64,000 nt of DNA from an uncultured Collinsella sp. (GTDB taxonomy: Bacteria; Actinomycetota; Coriobacteriia; Coriobacteriales; Coriobacteriaceae), in contig CAAEVV010000043.1 of the NCBI GenBank assembly GCA_900759565.1, forward strand, positions 18,851-82,850. Direction: 5' to 3'. The notes beneath the pieces were generated by a model. The model was not told the origin of the DNA and did not search any database. It worked only from the letters and a program-made list of their open reading frames with translations. This document shows positions 46,953 to 56,415 of the stretch, piece by piece; positions within the stretch are counted from its first letter, which is position 1; the number at the start of each line of letters is the position of its first letter. Made by a program: the position numbers and the translations under genes.

Positions 46953-49670
46953 TCAGTTGTTATTGCCGCCATCGAGCAATGCCTCAAAATCCTTCGCCTG
47001 CATGGGGCGGTAGTAGAGGAAGCCCTGAGCGTAGCGGGCGCCCATTTGTCGTAGCATGTTCGCCTGCTCATTTGTCTCGACGCCTTCGACCACGACGGGC
47101 AGATGGAGCGACTGCGCCATTTCGAGCATCGATGAAATGATTTGCGTGCTGCGGCCTTGATCGCGGTCGGTGGGCACAAAGGTGCGGTCGAGCTTGATGA
47201 CGTCGACGTTGACGTTCTTGGGCATCGCGAGCGTGGACTGGCCGGTGCCAAAATCGTCCATGTAGGTCGAGAAGCCACGGGTGTGCAGATCCGCGGTCAG
47301 CTTATCCACGGCCTCGGACTCTCCGGTATAGGCGGTCTCGGTGATCTCGATGTGCATGAGTTCGGGCGGCAGGTTGTACTGGGCGGCGAGCGACCCCATA
47401 TGCTCGGCGACATCGCAGGCAAGAATGTCTACGCGCGACACATTGAGGGAAATCGGAACCACGCGAAGTCCTCGATTGAGGCGCTCGCGGAGCCACATGG
47501 CGACGCCCTGCCAAACATATTTGTCGAGCGTCACTACAAAGCCGCTTTCCTCGAGTGCGGGGATAAACGTTGCGGGCGAAATGAGAGAGCCGTCCTTGTT
47601 AATCCAGCGGGTGAGTGCTTCGGCGCCAATAATCTCGCCGGTTTCCATATCGACCTGGGGCTGAAGATAGTACGTGATGCGACCATTTGACAGCGCGTAC
47701 TGGAATTCGGTCAGCGTGCGGTTGAACACGATTTCGCGCTTGTACTCCTCGGGGCAAAAAATGGCAATGCGCTCCTTAAAGTCGTTTTTTGCGCGCCGAT
47801 TGGTAAACATGGCCTTTGCCTGCGCATCGATGGTGATCTCCTCATTGGAATCGATGGGGTAAACGCCCATGGACGGCCAAAAACCTACGCCGCCATCATA
47901 CCTGGCTACTGCCTCGCGAACGCGGTTGTAGATTTGATGGACGGTGATGTGCTTAAAGGGGATGAGTACGCAAAAGTCATCTTGGCCCCAGTACCCTGCG
48001 ACGCCCATGTCGGCATTCTCGATGTCCTTGAGGACCGTGCCCACATCGGCAAGCAGGCGGTCGCCTTCGGCCTGTCCATACCATTCGTTAAACAGGCGCA
48101 TGTGGCCCATGTCGACCGTGGCGATGCACCAGGCGCCGTCGCGTCTTGCCTCGAGAAAAGCGTTGGCGCGCCGCATAAACTCGCTGGGTCGATAGAGACC
48201 CGTGAGCGAGTCGATACGTTCGGCGATGGCGCTTTTGCGCTCAGCCTCGGGTATGGGGAGGCTGTCGTTGGGAACAAGCCCGCCGGCCGTGCGAAGGCGA
48301 CGGTTGAGTTCGCCTAAAACGGCGGTCGCTTGATGGGTTAAGTGCTCGTAAAAGGCCGGGACGACAAGGCAGACGGGAGTAATGGTGTCGCCTGCGATTC
48401 GAACAGGAGCGAAAACGGCCTCTTTAAGGTGGCGGGTCAGTTGCTCGAATGCCTCGTGGTCTAGGTCGTTGCTGAGCACGACGAACTGAACGCTTCGTGA
48501 ACGGTAGACCCGGCTCCTGCCGCGAGTGATCGACAGCATACGGCCTGCGTATTCGGCAAGCATGTTGTCGACGGCCTCGGCCCCGTAGAGTTCGTTGAGC
48601 TTTGTCGTGCCACGAACGCGCACCGCTATAAGCCCTGTCTCGCAACGATCGCGGCGGCAGGCGTCGATGGCGTTGGCCAGCATGCGCTGCGTTCCGAGGC
48701 CTGTGGCGGCGTCGACGGTTTCGGCAAGTGAGTGGTTGACGAGCTCGCCGACATAGAGCGAGGGGACATTTCCGTCGCCGTCGATACGAAACCCGCGAGC
48801 ACGGCAAAGGACGTAGTCGCCGACGGCGTTGCGCACACGATACTGCATGACGCGACGGTGCTTGGTGCCGTTGTAGACTTGGTCGATGTCGTTGATGCAG
48901 GCCTCAAGGTCGTCGGGATGGACGCGCGTTTTCCAGTAATCGCGACAGTTGTCTATGTGCTCCGAGGGAAGGCCAAGATCGCGCAAGGCACCTTGTGACC
49001 AAAGGGTGCGATGTTTGTCCAAGTTCTCGATAAAGAAATATCGGCCCTCATTGAGCATCGAAAAGGCGTCAAAAATTCGATCGCTTATTTCGAAGTCGTC
49101 GGCGTGAACTTGCGTGATATTGCGTCGATCGAGGTGCATGGCATGACGTAGTTTGTAGTCGTACATGCGATGGTCGGCATCGAGCGTCATGCGATTGGAA
49201 GCTTCGCCCAGGGCGGGGTCGGCATGTGACACTCCGTAGCTAAACGAGTGGGGCATCTCGGAATCGTTGTTTTTGAGCAGAACCGTTCGGCAGTGTTTCA
49301 GACGTTCGGCGAGGTCGTCCTCGGTTGCAATCGTAGATAGGATGGCAAACTCGTCGCCGCCTATGCGAAACGCCGCTTCGCCCACCTTCATATACAGATT
49401 AAGATAGAGACTTACCTGCAAGATATAGCGGTTGCCCTCGTCATGTCCAAAGACGTCGTTGCAGTGCTTGAGATTGTCGATATCGATGAACGCCATGGTA
49501 ACGGGGGCGTCCTGCTCCCAGAGCTCCTCGAGGGAACGGGCAAAGCCGCCACGGTTGCCAAGCCCGGTAAGCTGGTCGGTAAAGGCGGTCCTGATCAGAT
49601 CCTCCTGCCGCTCGAGAAGGTCGCGGACGGTCTTTTCGAGCGTTTCGGTGTAATTGCTGACAGTTTCCAT
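46953..49670 (-). CDS. GGDEF - PAS - two degenerate GGDEF - EAL c-di-GMP enzyme
   Basis: RIGGDEF; VHPDD; EAL domain with QP, EAL, N, EITE, DDFGTG, KLD, EGVE, QG. Confidence 0.88.
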   Translation of the reverse strand: METVSNYTETLEKTVRDLLERQEDLIRTAFTDQLTGLGNRGGFARSLEELWEQDAPVTMAFIDIDNLKHCNDVFGHDEGNRYILQVSLYLNLYMKVGEAAFRIGGDEFAILSTIATEDDLAERLKHCRTVLLKNNDSEMPHSFSYGVSHADPALGEASNRMTLDADHRMYDYKLRHAMHLDRRNITQVHADDFEISDRIFDAFSMLNEGRYFFIENLDKHRTLWSQGALRDLGLPSEHIDNCRDYWKTRVHPDDLEACINDIDQVYNGTKHRRVMQYRVRNAVGDYVLCRARGFRIDGDGNVPSLYVGELVNHSLAETVDAATGLGTQRMLANAIDACRRDRCETGLIAVRVRGTTKLNELYGAEAVDNMLAEYAGRMLSITRGRSRVYRSRSVQFVVLSNDLDHEAFEQLTRHLKEAVFAPVRIAGDTITPVCLVVPAFYEHLTHQATAVLGELNRRLRTAGGLVPNDSLPIPEAERKSAIAERIDSLTGLYRPSEFMRRANAFLEARRDGAWCIATVDMGHMRLFNEWYGQAEGDRLLADVGTVLKDIENADMGVAGYWGQDDFCVLIPFKHITVHQIYNRVREAVARYDGGVGFWPSMGVYPIDSNEEITIDAQAKAMFTNRRAKNDFKERIAIFCPEEYKREIVFNRTLTEFQYALSNGRITYYLQPQVDMETGEIIGAEALTRWINKDGSLISPATFIPALEESGFVVTLDKYVWQGVAMWLRERLNRGLRVVPISLNVSRVDILACDVAEHMGSLAAQYNLPPELMHIEITETAYTGESEAVDKLTADLHTRGFSTYMDDFGTGQSTLAMPKNVNVDVIKLDRTFVPTDRDQGRSTQIISSMLEMAQSLHLPVVVEGVETNEQANMLRQMGARYAQGFLYYRPMQAKDFEALLDGGNNN

Positions 49671-49994
49671 GTTCTAAGTGGCTTTCTGAGGTCGGGGCGG
49701 ATTGCGTCGGGCGAGCTCGTTGTGTACACGCGTCGTTGCTCAGCGCTTTGCATGTATCCAGGCCCCCGCCTTGCCGCGTTGTTGAGTTAATTTGACGGCT
49801 AATGTTCGCTGTTGATAACAGCTGAGTAGTGTAAACAATAGTGCACAATTATATATGGGTGCACATGCTGTGGGCGGCTATTGTTCGACAAGCGGTAGCG
49901 CGACGATGCGATGTTCGATGAAAATGCGACTGGGACGATATATGTTGACGGGTATACTTGTCCCGTTTGAATTTGTGGGGACGGAGATGGTCGC

Positions 49995-50864
49995 ATGGCA
50001 CAGTCAAATACGACGCGCACGGTGGGGCTGGCACTCGAGGGAGGCGGCTACCGCGGTATGTATACGGCGGGCGTGCTCGACGTTTGGATGGAGCACGGCT
50101 TAACTTGCGACCATATGGTGGGTGTCTCGGCGGGCGCGGCGTTTGGCTACAACTTTAAATCGCGCCAGATCGGCCGCGCCATTCGCTATAACAAGGCCTA
50201 TTGTGCCGATAAGCGCTATGCGGGTGTAGCAAGCTGGCTGCGGACCGGCGATATGTTCAATGCCGATTTTGCCTATCACGAGGTGCCCATCGAGCGCGAT
50301 CCCATCGATTTGGAGACATATCGCGCCTGCCCCATGCGGTTTACGTGCGTGTGTACCGATATCGAGACGGGCAAGGCCGTCTACCACGACCTGCCCTATG
50401 GCGATGAGCACGATATCGAGTGGATCCGGGCGTCATCGGCGATTCCCGTGGCGACGCGCCCTGTCGCCATTGAGGGCCGTAAGTACCTGGATGGCGGCGT
50501 GGCTGATTCTATTCCCAGCGCATGGCTGTTTGCGCAGGGGTATGACCGTAATATCGTGGTACTCACGCAGCCGGCGGGCTTTGTAAAGCAGCCCAACAGC
50601 GTGATGCCCATGCTGCGTCGCGTGTTCCGTCACTATCCGGAGTTTGTCGCAGCGCTCGAGCATCGGCATGAGGTCTACAATGCCACGCTCGATGACCTGG
50701 CACGTCGCGAGGCCGCCGGCGAAATCTTTGTGGTGCGGCCGAGCGAATCGGTGAAGGTGCCGTCGCTGTGTCGCGAGCCCGATGAACTTGAGCGCATCTA
50801 CCAGATTGGTCGCCGCGATGCGGAGGCGACTTTGCCGGCACTGGAGGCATATCTGGCAGGGTAG
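49995..50864 (+). CDS. Patatin family phospholipase
   Basis: EGGGYRG, GVSAG, DGG. Confidence 0.9.
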   Translation: MAQSNTTRTVGLALEGGGYRGMYTAGVLDVWMEHGLTCDHMVGVSAGAAFGYNFKSRQIGRAIRYNKAYCADKRYAGVASWLRTGDMFNADFAYHEVPIERDPIDLETYRACPMRFTCVCTDIETGKAVYHDLPYGDEHDIEWIRASSAIPVATRPVAIEGRKYLDGGVADSIPSAWLFAQGYDRNIVVLTQPAGFVKQPNSVMPMLRRVFRHYPEFVAALEHRHEVYNATLDDLARREAAGEIFVVRPSESVKVPSLCREPDELERIYQIGRRDAEATLPALEAYLAG

Positions 50865-50886
50865 AGGCTGCTGCCGCCATCTCGGC

Positions 50887-50932
50887 GGAAAGCGCATCCC
50901 GGAATGGAGATCCAAACTGGGATGCGCTTTCC
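50887..50932. terminator. Hairpin between convergent genes
   Basis: ggaaagcgcatccc...gggatgcgctttcc. Confidence 0.55.
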
Positions 50933-50976
50933 ATTGCTGAAGATATGAGGCTGCGAATCAGTTGCTCGGCCTATGC

Positions 50977-51672
50977 CTATGCCTGCTGCCAGGTGTCTAC
51001 GAGCTCCTTGGCCGCGGCGTAGGGGTCATCGGCGCTGCAGACGGCACTCACCACAAAGAAGCCGTCGACGCCGGTGGCCTTAAGCTGCGGCAGGTCGGCC
51101 GTCTTGACGCCACCGCCCACCACGATGGGCACGGGGCTTGCCGCGTGAAGTGCGGCCAGGTCCTCAAAGCTCTTGGTGATGATGGAGCCATCGGCCGCGC
51201 GTCCGCAGTCGCGCTTGGTCTCGGTCTCGTGGAGCGGGCCGATGCCCAGGTAGTCGACCAGGCTCATGTCGGCGGTCTTGACGTACTCGAGCATCTCTTC
51301 GCAACGGGCCGAAAGGCCCACGATGGCATCGGGGCCCAGAAGCTTGCGGCAGACCTCGACGGGAATGTCGCTCTGGCCCACGTGCACGCCGTCGACGGCA
51401 ATACCCTGCTCGCGTGCGGCAAGCACACAGTCCAGACGGTCGTCGATTAACAGGGCGACCTGACCGGTCTTGCCGGCCTGAGCGATTGCCTGCGCGGCGT
51501 CGCCGGTCAGCGCAATGATCTCGCGGGCGCTTGCCACCTTGGAGCGCACCTGGATGCAGGTAAAGCCTGCGTCGAGCGCCTGGGCCACCACATCGCCCAC
51601 GGGGCGCCCGAGGGTGTTTTCGGGGCCGAGTACCAGATAGGCCGAGATATCAAGGTTGTCGCGGATGCTCAT
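50977..51672 (-). CDS. thiE: Thiamine-phosphate synthase
   Basis: QVRSK, IDDR, GVHVGQSD, GLS, GP..T.TK, VVSA. Confidence 0.9.
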   Translation of the reverse strand: MSIRDNLDISAYLVLGPENTLGRPVGDVVAQALDAGFTCIQVRSKVASAREIIALTGDAAQAIAQAGKTGQVALLIDDRLDCVLAAREQGIAVDGVHVGQSDIPVEVCRKLLGPDAIVGLSARCEEMLEYVKTADMSLVDYLGIGPLHETETKRDCGRAADGSIITKSFEDLAALHAASPVPIVVGGGVKTADLPQLKATGVDGFFVVSAVCSADDPYAAAKELVDTWQQA

Positions 51673-52010
51673 CGTGCTTCCTCCTGCTTCTTGATTTGCG
51701 CTTCCATGCGCTCGAGTTTGCCGGTCATGGTGTCGGTAAATCCGGGTCGAATATCGGCTTTGAGCACGACTTCGGTGCGGATGCCCTTGCTCGCCAACAC
51801 AAAGGTTGCGTCGCGCACGACCTGCATGACCTCGTCCCAGTCGCCCTCGATTTCGGTGAACATCGAGGCGGTGCGGTTGGGAAGGCCGCTCTCGCGTATG
51901 ACGCGCACGACCTCGGCGACCTCGGCGGACAGCTCGTCGCCGGTGCCGCACGGGGCGATGGCCACGGCGATGAGCGTGTTCATTCCGGCATTGGTTGCGG
52001 GCTCGGACAT
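51669..52010 (-). CDS. Thiamine-binding protein (MTH1187/YkoF-like)
   Basis: IRESGL..SMFTEIEG.WDEVM..KADIRP. Confidence 0.85.
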   Translation of the reverse strand: MSEPATNAGMNTLIAVAIAPCGTGDELSAEVAEVVRVIRESGLPNRTASMFTEIEGDWDEVMQVVRDATFVLASKGIRTEVVLKADIRPGFTDTMTGKLERMEAQIKKQEEAR

Positions 52011-52013
52011 GGC

Positions 52014-52853
52014 TTACGCCTCCTCGAGCTCGAGCTGGTTGTTGGCGATGTCCTGGGCGCTCGCGCGGTAGAGCTCGTCGATAAAGGCGACCTTAAAGCT
52101 CGCCGGGGCATCGGCGACGGCGGCAGCACGCGTGCCAGCGACGTTGTAGACGGCGGTGCCGCAGACGGCTGCCGTAAACGGGTCGGCGGCACAGGCGTAC
52201 ACGGCCAGTACGCCGCCTTGCGAGCAACCGCAACCGGTGATCTTGGACATGAGCGGGCTGCCGCCGTGGGACTTGGCCACGGTCGTGCCGTCGGTAATCA
52301 GGTCGACTTCGCCCGAGACCACAACGGCGCCGCCGGTGTAGCGGGCGAGCGCCACGGCGGCATCGCGGGCGGCGTCTACCGTGTCGGTGGTATCGACACC
52401 GCGTACGCGGCTCAGATCAGCCGCCTCGCCCTCAAGACCCCACAGGCCGGCGAGCGCGATGATCTCGGAGGCGTTGCCGCGCACGATGGCGGGCTTGTAC
52501 TGCTTGAGCTCGTTGACCAGCTGGGTGCGCAGGCTACCGATACCCAGGCCCACCGGATCGAGCACCCAGGGCTTGCCGGCGTCGTGTGCCGCCTTCGCCG
52601 CGCGGGGAATCGTCTGCTCGTAGATAGGGAAGAGCGTGCCCATGTTGAGATAGATGGCGCTGCCGCCGGCAACGAGCGCTTCGCCCTCGTCGGGCAGATA
52701 GACCATGGCGGCCGATCCGCCCACGGCGAGCTGTGCGTTGGCGACAAAGTCGATCGTCACCGTGTTGGTGATGGAGCCGGCCATCGGATTGGTGGCGCGA
52801 ATTTCCTCTACGGCCTTGACCATATGTTGCTTAAGCTGTTCCGAATCAATCAC
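52014..52853 (-). CDS. thiM: Hydroxyethylthiazole kinase
   Basis: ITNTV..FVAN, LNMGT, LDPVG, RGNASEI, TGCGC; GTG start with AAGGAGG RBS. Confidence 0.92.
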   Translation of the reverse strand: MIDSEQLKQHMVKAVEEIRATNPMAGSITNTVTIDFVANAQLAVGGSAAMVYLPDEGEALVAGGSAIYLNMGTLFPIYEQTIPRAAKAAHDAGKPWVLDPVGLGIGSLRTQLVNELKQYKPAIVRGNASEIIALAGLWGLEGEAADLSRVRGVDTTDTVDAARDAAVALARYTGGAVVVSGEVDLITDGTTVAKSHGGSPLMSKITGCGCSQGGVLAVYACAADPFTAAVCGTAVYNVAGTRAAAVADAPASFKVAFIDELYRASAQDIANNQLELEEA

Positions 52854-52872
52854 TGCACATGCCTCCTTGGCA

Positions 52873-52907
52873 TAGAAAAGGGGCGCTGTGCATAGACAGC
52901 GCCCCTG
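52873..52907 (-). terminator. Terminator hairpin, expression platform of the TPP riboswitch
   Basis: Minus strand aggggcgctgt...acagcgccccttttct. Confidence 0.7.
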
Positions 52908-52916
52908 TAAAGGCGG

Positions 52917-53010
52917 CATGCTCCCTACGCCAGCATTAACTGACAGGTTCAAAGGATTGGGCCCATTGCCCTCTCAGCCTTGTGGTTTGCACCGCCGGCA
53001 CTCCCGCATC
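52917..53010 (-). ncRNA. TPP riboswitch
   Basis: Minus strand GGGAGTGC...GCTGAGA...TTGAACCTG..AGTTAATGCTGGCGTAGGGA upstream of thiM. Confidence 0.93.
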
Positions 53011-53076
53011 GAATCTGTTGTTCCCTATACTAGCGCACCGTTACAATGGTTACGGTGAAAATGACTGGGGGACTCT

Positions 53077-53985
53077 ATGATCAAACTTGTGCTGACCGAT
53101 ATGGACGATACGCTGATTCCAGCCGGGCATGACGGCGCCAGCGACTACGCCATTGAGGGTATTCATGCCATGCAGGCGGCGGGTTTGCAATTTGGGCCGG
53201 TTTCGGGTCGTCAGCCGTCCGCGATGGGCTGGATGTTCAAAAACCGTTCCGAGTGTTTTTCGACCGGTGCGTTCTGTAACGGCCAGGTGATGTTTGTGGA
53301 CGGCGAGGTGGTAGCCTCGCATGCGACCGGCAACGCCGCCCTTATGCGTTTGGCTGACTACTTGGAGCAAGAGACCGACGATACGTACCTGAAGGTCTAC
53401 AGTCTGGGTGATGATTTTTGGGACAACGATGCCTATTGCGTGACGAGCGATCCCGAGCGCGTGCGTCGCGCCATGGAGTCGGGCGGCAACGCGTGGCTCA
53501 AAGGCGAAGAGGCCCCGTGCCGCCCCGTCGTCGATGAGACGCCGGTGTTTAAGGCGAATATCTGGAGTGCCCGTTCACGTGAGGAGCTCGCGGAGCTACG
53601 CGAGCGCGTTGCCGCTGAGGTGCCGGAACTCTCGCTTGTGTTTCCCAACAACCGTGTGCGCCTGTTTGACATCCTTCCGGCCGGTTGGGACAAGGGCTGC
53701 GCTGCGCTGGAGCTGGCGCGCGCTTTGGGCCTGACGCCCGATGAGGTGGCTGTATTTGGCGATTCCGATAACGATTTGCCCATGATCGATGCCGTTCCCA
53801 ACTCCGTTGCAGTCGCCAATGCCAACGAGGCCGTCACGGCTGCCGCGCGCTGGCATATCGGCGCCGCGGCAGATGATGCGGTCGCCGGGGCTCTGCATCA
53901 GATTGCCGCCTGCGCCGCGACGGGGGAGATGCCGTCGTTTATGCGTCAGGAGGGTGCAGCCGACGCGAATCTCGCGAACAGCTAA
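53077..53985 (+). CDS. Cof-type HAD-IIB hydrolase
   Basis: DMDDT, SGR, NG, DKG, FGDSDNDLPM. Confidence 0.9.
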   Translation: MIKLVLTDMDDTLIPAGHDGASDYAIEGIHAMQAAGLQFGPVSGRQPSAMGWMFKNRSECFSTGAFCNGQVMFVDGEVVASHATGNAALMRLADYLEQETDDTYLKVYSLGDDFWDNDAYCVTSDPERVRRAMESGGNAWLKGEEAPCRPVVDETPVFKANIWSARSREELAELRERVAAEVPELSLVFPNNRVRLFDILPAGWDKGCAALELARALGLTPDEVAVFGDSDNDLPMIDAVPNSVAVANANEAVTAAARWHIGAAADDAVAGALHQIAACAATGEMPSFMRQEGAADANLANS

Positions 53986-53995
53986 GGAGACAGCC

Positions 53996-54892
53996 ATGAA
54001 GCTCCAGCAGCTCAGATATGTCGTCAAAGTTGCCGAATGCGGAAGCATTACCGAGGCCTCGCGCCGACTCTTTGTGTCGCAGCCTTCGATTACCGCGTCG
54101 ATCCGCGACCTCGAAAACGAGATGGGCGTGCATATCTTCGAGCGCACCAACAAGGGCGTCATTGTGTCCGAGGAAGGCGAGACCTTCTTGGGCTATGCGC
54201 GCCAGGTGCTCGACCAGGCCGACCTGCTCGAGGGCAAGTACAAGGGCGCATCCGAGCAGGTGCCGCACTTTAGTGTGAGCTGCCAGCATTATTCCTTTGC
54301 CGTCAACGCGTTTGTCGACGTGATCCGCGAGTTCGATGCCGCGCGTTACGACTTCACCCTGCGCGAGGAGCAGACTCACGAGATTATCGAGGATGTCGCG
54401 CATATGAAAAGCGAACTGGGCATCCTGTACTTGTCCGAGCATAACCGCGAGGTCATCGAGCGCATGCTGGTGGCCAACGAGCTCGTGTTCGAAGGACTCT
54501 TCTGCGCCACGCCGCATGTCTTCGTCTGCGCCGACCATCCGCTGGCGGACCGCGCCAGCGTGACGCTCGAGGATCTGGAAGACTACCCGTTCCTGTCCTA
54601 CGAGCAGGGCAGCTACAACTCGTTTTACTATTCCGAGGAGCTGACCTCGACGTTCGAGCGTCGCAAAAATATCCGCGTGCGCGACCGTGCGACGTTGTTC
54701 AATTTGGCCATGGGCCTCAACGGCTACACGGTATGCTCGGGCGTGATCAGCCACGAGCTCAACGGCCCCGGCATTATCTCGATTCCGCTCGACGTGGACG
54801 AGTACATGGAGATTGGCATCATCACGCGCAAGAACACGACGCTTACGCGCTACGGTCGGGCCTATATCGACGCGATTCGTCAGCATATCTAG
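53996..54892 (+). CDS. LysR family regulator (MtaR-like)
   Basis: MKLQQLRY..GSITEA..LFVSQPS HTH; QHYSF and F.YSEE typical of MtaR/CmbR-like regulators. Confidence 0.9.
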   Translation: MKLQQLRYVVKVAECGSITEASRRLFVSQPSITASIRDLENEMGVHIFERTNKGVIVSEEGETFLGYARQVLDQADLLEGKYKGASEQVPHFSVSCQHYSFAVNAFVDVIREFDAARYDFTLREEQTHEIIEDVAHMKSELGILYLSEHNREVIERMLVANELVFEGLFCATPHVFVCADHPLADRASVTLEDLEDYPFLSYEQGSYNSFYYSEELTSTFERRKNIRVRDRATLFNLAMGLNGYTVCSGVISHELNGPGIISIPLDVDEYMEIGIITRKNTTLTRYGRAYIDAIRQHI

Positions 54893-54938
54893 GCTGCTGT
54901 GCTCCGCACGGTTCAAGTCTCTTTATGACAGTCCAGAC

Positions 54939-54961
54939 TGATATAGGAAACATCTATATCA
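54939..54961. promoter_or_regulatory. Palindromic LysR operator (MtaR-box-like TATAG-N7-CTATA)
   Basis: tgatatag-gaaacat-ctatatca upstream of the MetE-like gene. Confidence 0.65.
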
Positions 54962-55047
54962 AACTGTTATAAACGTATATTTTACGATGGTCATATGAGC
55001 GCTCATACTCTGTCCCAGTAAAGCAACCAATGCAAAGGGAGATATCT

Positions 55048-56181
55048 ATGAGCACTTCGATTCAACCGAACGCGCCGTTTCGCGCCGATATCATCGGCAG
55101 TTTTCTTCGTCCGCAGGCTGTAAAGGACGCCCGTGCCGCCTATGTCGCGGGTAAACTCGACGCTTCCGGCCTTAAGGCCGTCGAGGACGATGCCATTCGC
55201 GATTTGGTGGTCAAGCAGAAGGCCGCCGGCCTGCAGGTGATCACCGATGGCGAGTTCCGCCGCAGCTACTGGCACCTCGATTTTATGTGGGGCCTTAACG
55301 GCATTGAGCGCCGCACCTCACGCACGGGTTATATGTTCCATGATGAGGAGACGACGGCCGACACCGCCGTGGTTACCGGTCCCATTAGCGGCGAGAACCA
55401 CCCGTTCGTCGAGCATTTTAAGTTCGTCAAGGCGCTTGAGGGGGAGGGCCAGGTCGCACGCCAGACCATTCCGGCGCCGATCCAGACGTTCTCTGAGGTC
55501 ACGCTCGATCGCTGCGACGGCCAGCAGGAGAGCCTGCGCGCTGTCTATAAGACCGATGAGGAACTTGCCGACGCCATTGCGGCCGTTTATCGCACGGTGA
55601 TCGCCGACCTGTACGCAGCAGGCTGCCGCAACATCCAATTTGATGACTGCACCTGGGGCATCTATTGCGATACCGACTTTGTGTCCAAGACCGGCATGAG
55701 CCCGGTTGACCTGCAAAAGGTGAGCGAGCTGGGCGTGGCGCTCAACAATGCCGCCATCGCGGGCAAGCCCGACGATCTGGTTATCAACACGCACGTGTGC
55801 CGCGGCAACTATCACTCCACGTATGCCTTCGAGGGTGGTTACGATCCCATTGCGCCGTACCTGTTCGCACATGAGAACGTCGACGCGTTCTACCTTGAGT
55901 TCGATACGCCACGCGCCGGTGGCTTTGAGCCGCTCAAGTACGTTGCTCCCGGCAAGAAGGTCGTGCTGGGCCTGGTGACCACCAAGGCGGCTGAGCTTGA
56001 GGACGAGGACGTTATCGTCGAACGTATCCACGAGGCCGCAAAGTATGTGCCGCTCGAGAACCTGTACCTGTCGCCCCAGTGCGGCTTTGCCAGCTGCGAG
56101 ATTGGCAACAAGCTGACCGAGGACGAACAGTGGGCAAAGATCGCGCTGGTCAAGCGCATTGCCGAGCGCGTTTGGAAGTAA
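55048..56181 (+). CDS. Cobalamin-independent methionine synthase II family protein (single-barrel MetE/YxjH-like)
   Basis: GSFLRP, TDGEFRR, HVCRGN, LEFD, LSPQCGF zinc ligands. Confidence 0.88.
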   Translation: MSTSIQPNAPFRADIIGSFLRPQAVKDARAAYVAGKLDASGLKAVEDDAIRDLVVKQKAAGLQVITDGEFRRSYWHLDFMWGLNGIERRTSRTGYMFHDEETTADTAVVTGPISGENHPFVEHFKFVKALEGEGQVARQTIPAPIQTFSEVTLDRCDGQQESLRAVYKTDEELADAIAAVYRTVIADLYAAGCRNIQFDDCTWGIYCDTDFVSKTGMSPVDLQKVSELGVALNNAAIAGKPDDLVINTHVCRGNYHSTYAFEGGYDPIAPYLFAHENVDAFYLEFDTPRAGGFEPLKYVAPGKKVVLGLVTTKAAELEDEDVIVERIHEAAKYVPLENLYLSPQCGFASCEIGNKLTEDEQWAKIALVKRIAERVWK

Positions 56182-56415
56182 CGCTACCGCTCGCAGGTGA
56201 CGGCGCGCGCGAGACATGATGTATCACGTACAATGGTCCGGATCGTATCGTTCGGGCAGGTTATCCGATATGCCTGATCGCCCTTCCATCATGAAAGGAC
56301 TTCCATGTCCCAATCCTCGACGCCCGCCGTATCTGAACTCGAGGAGACTGTCGAATAGTAGTTGTGTTCAGCTAAATCAAAAAATGGCGCCCGTGCGTAC
56401 GCGTGGACGCCATTT

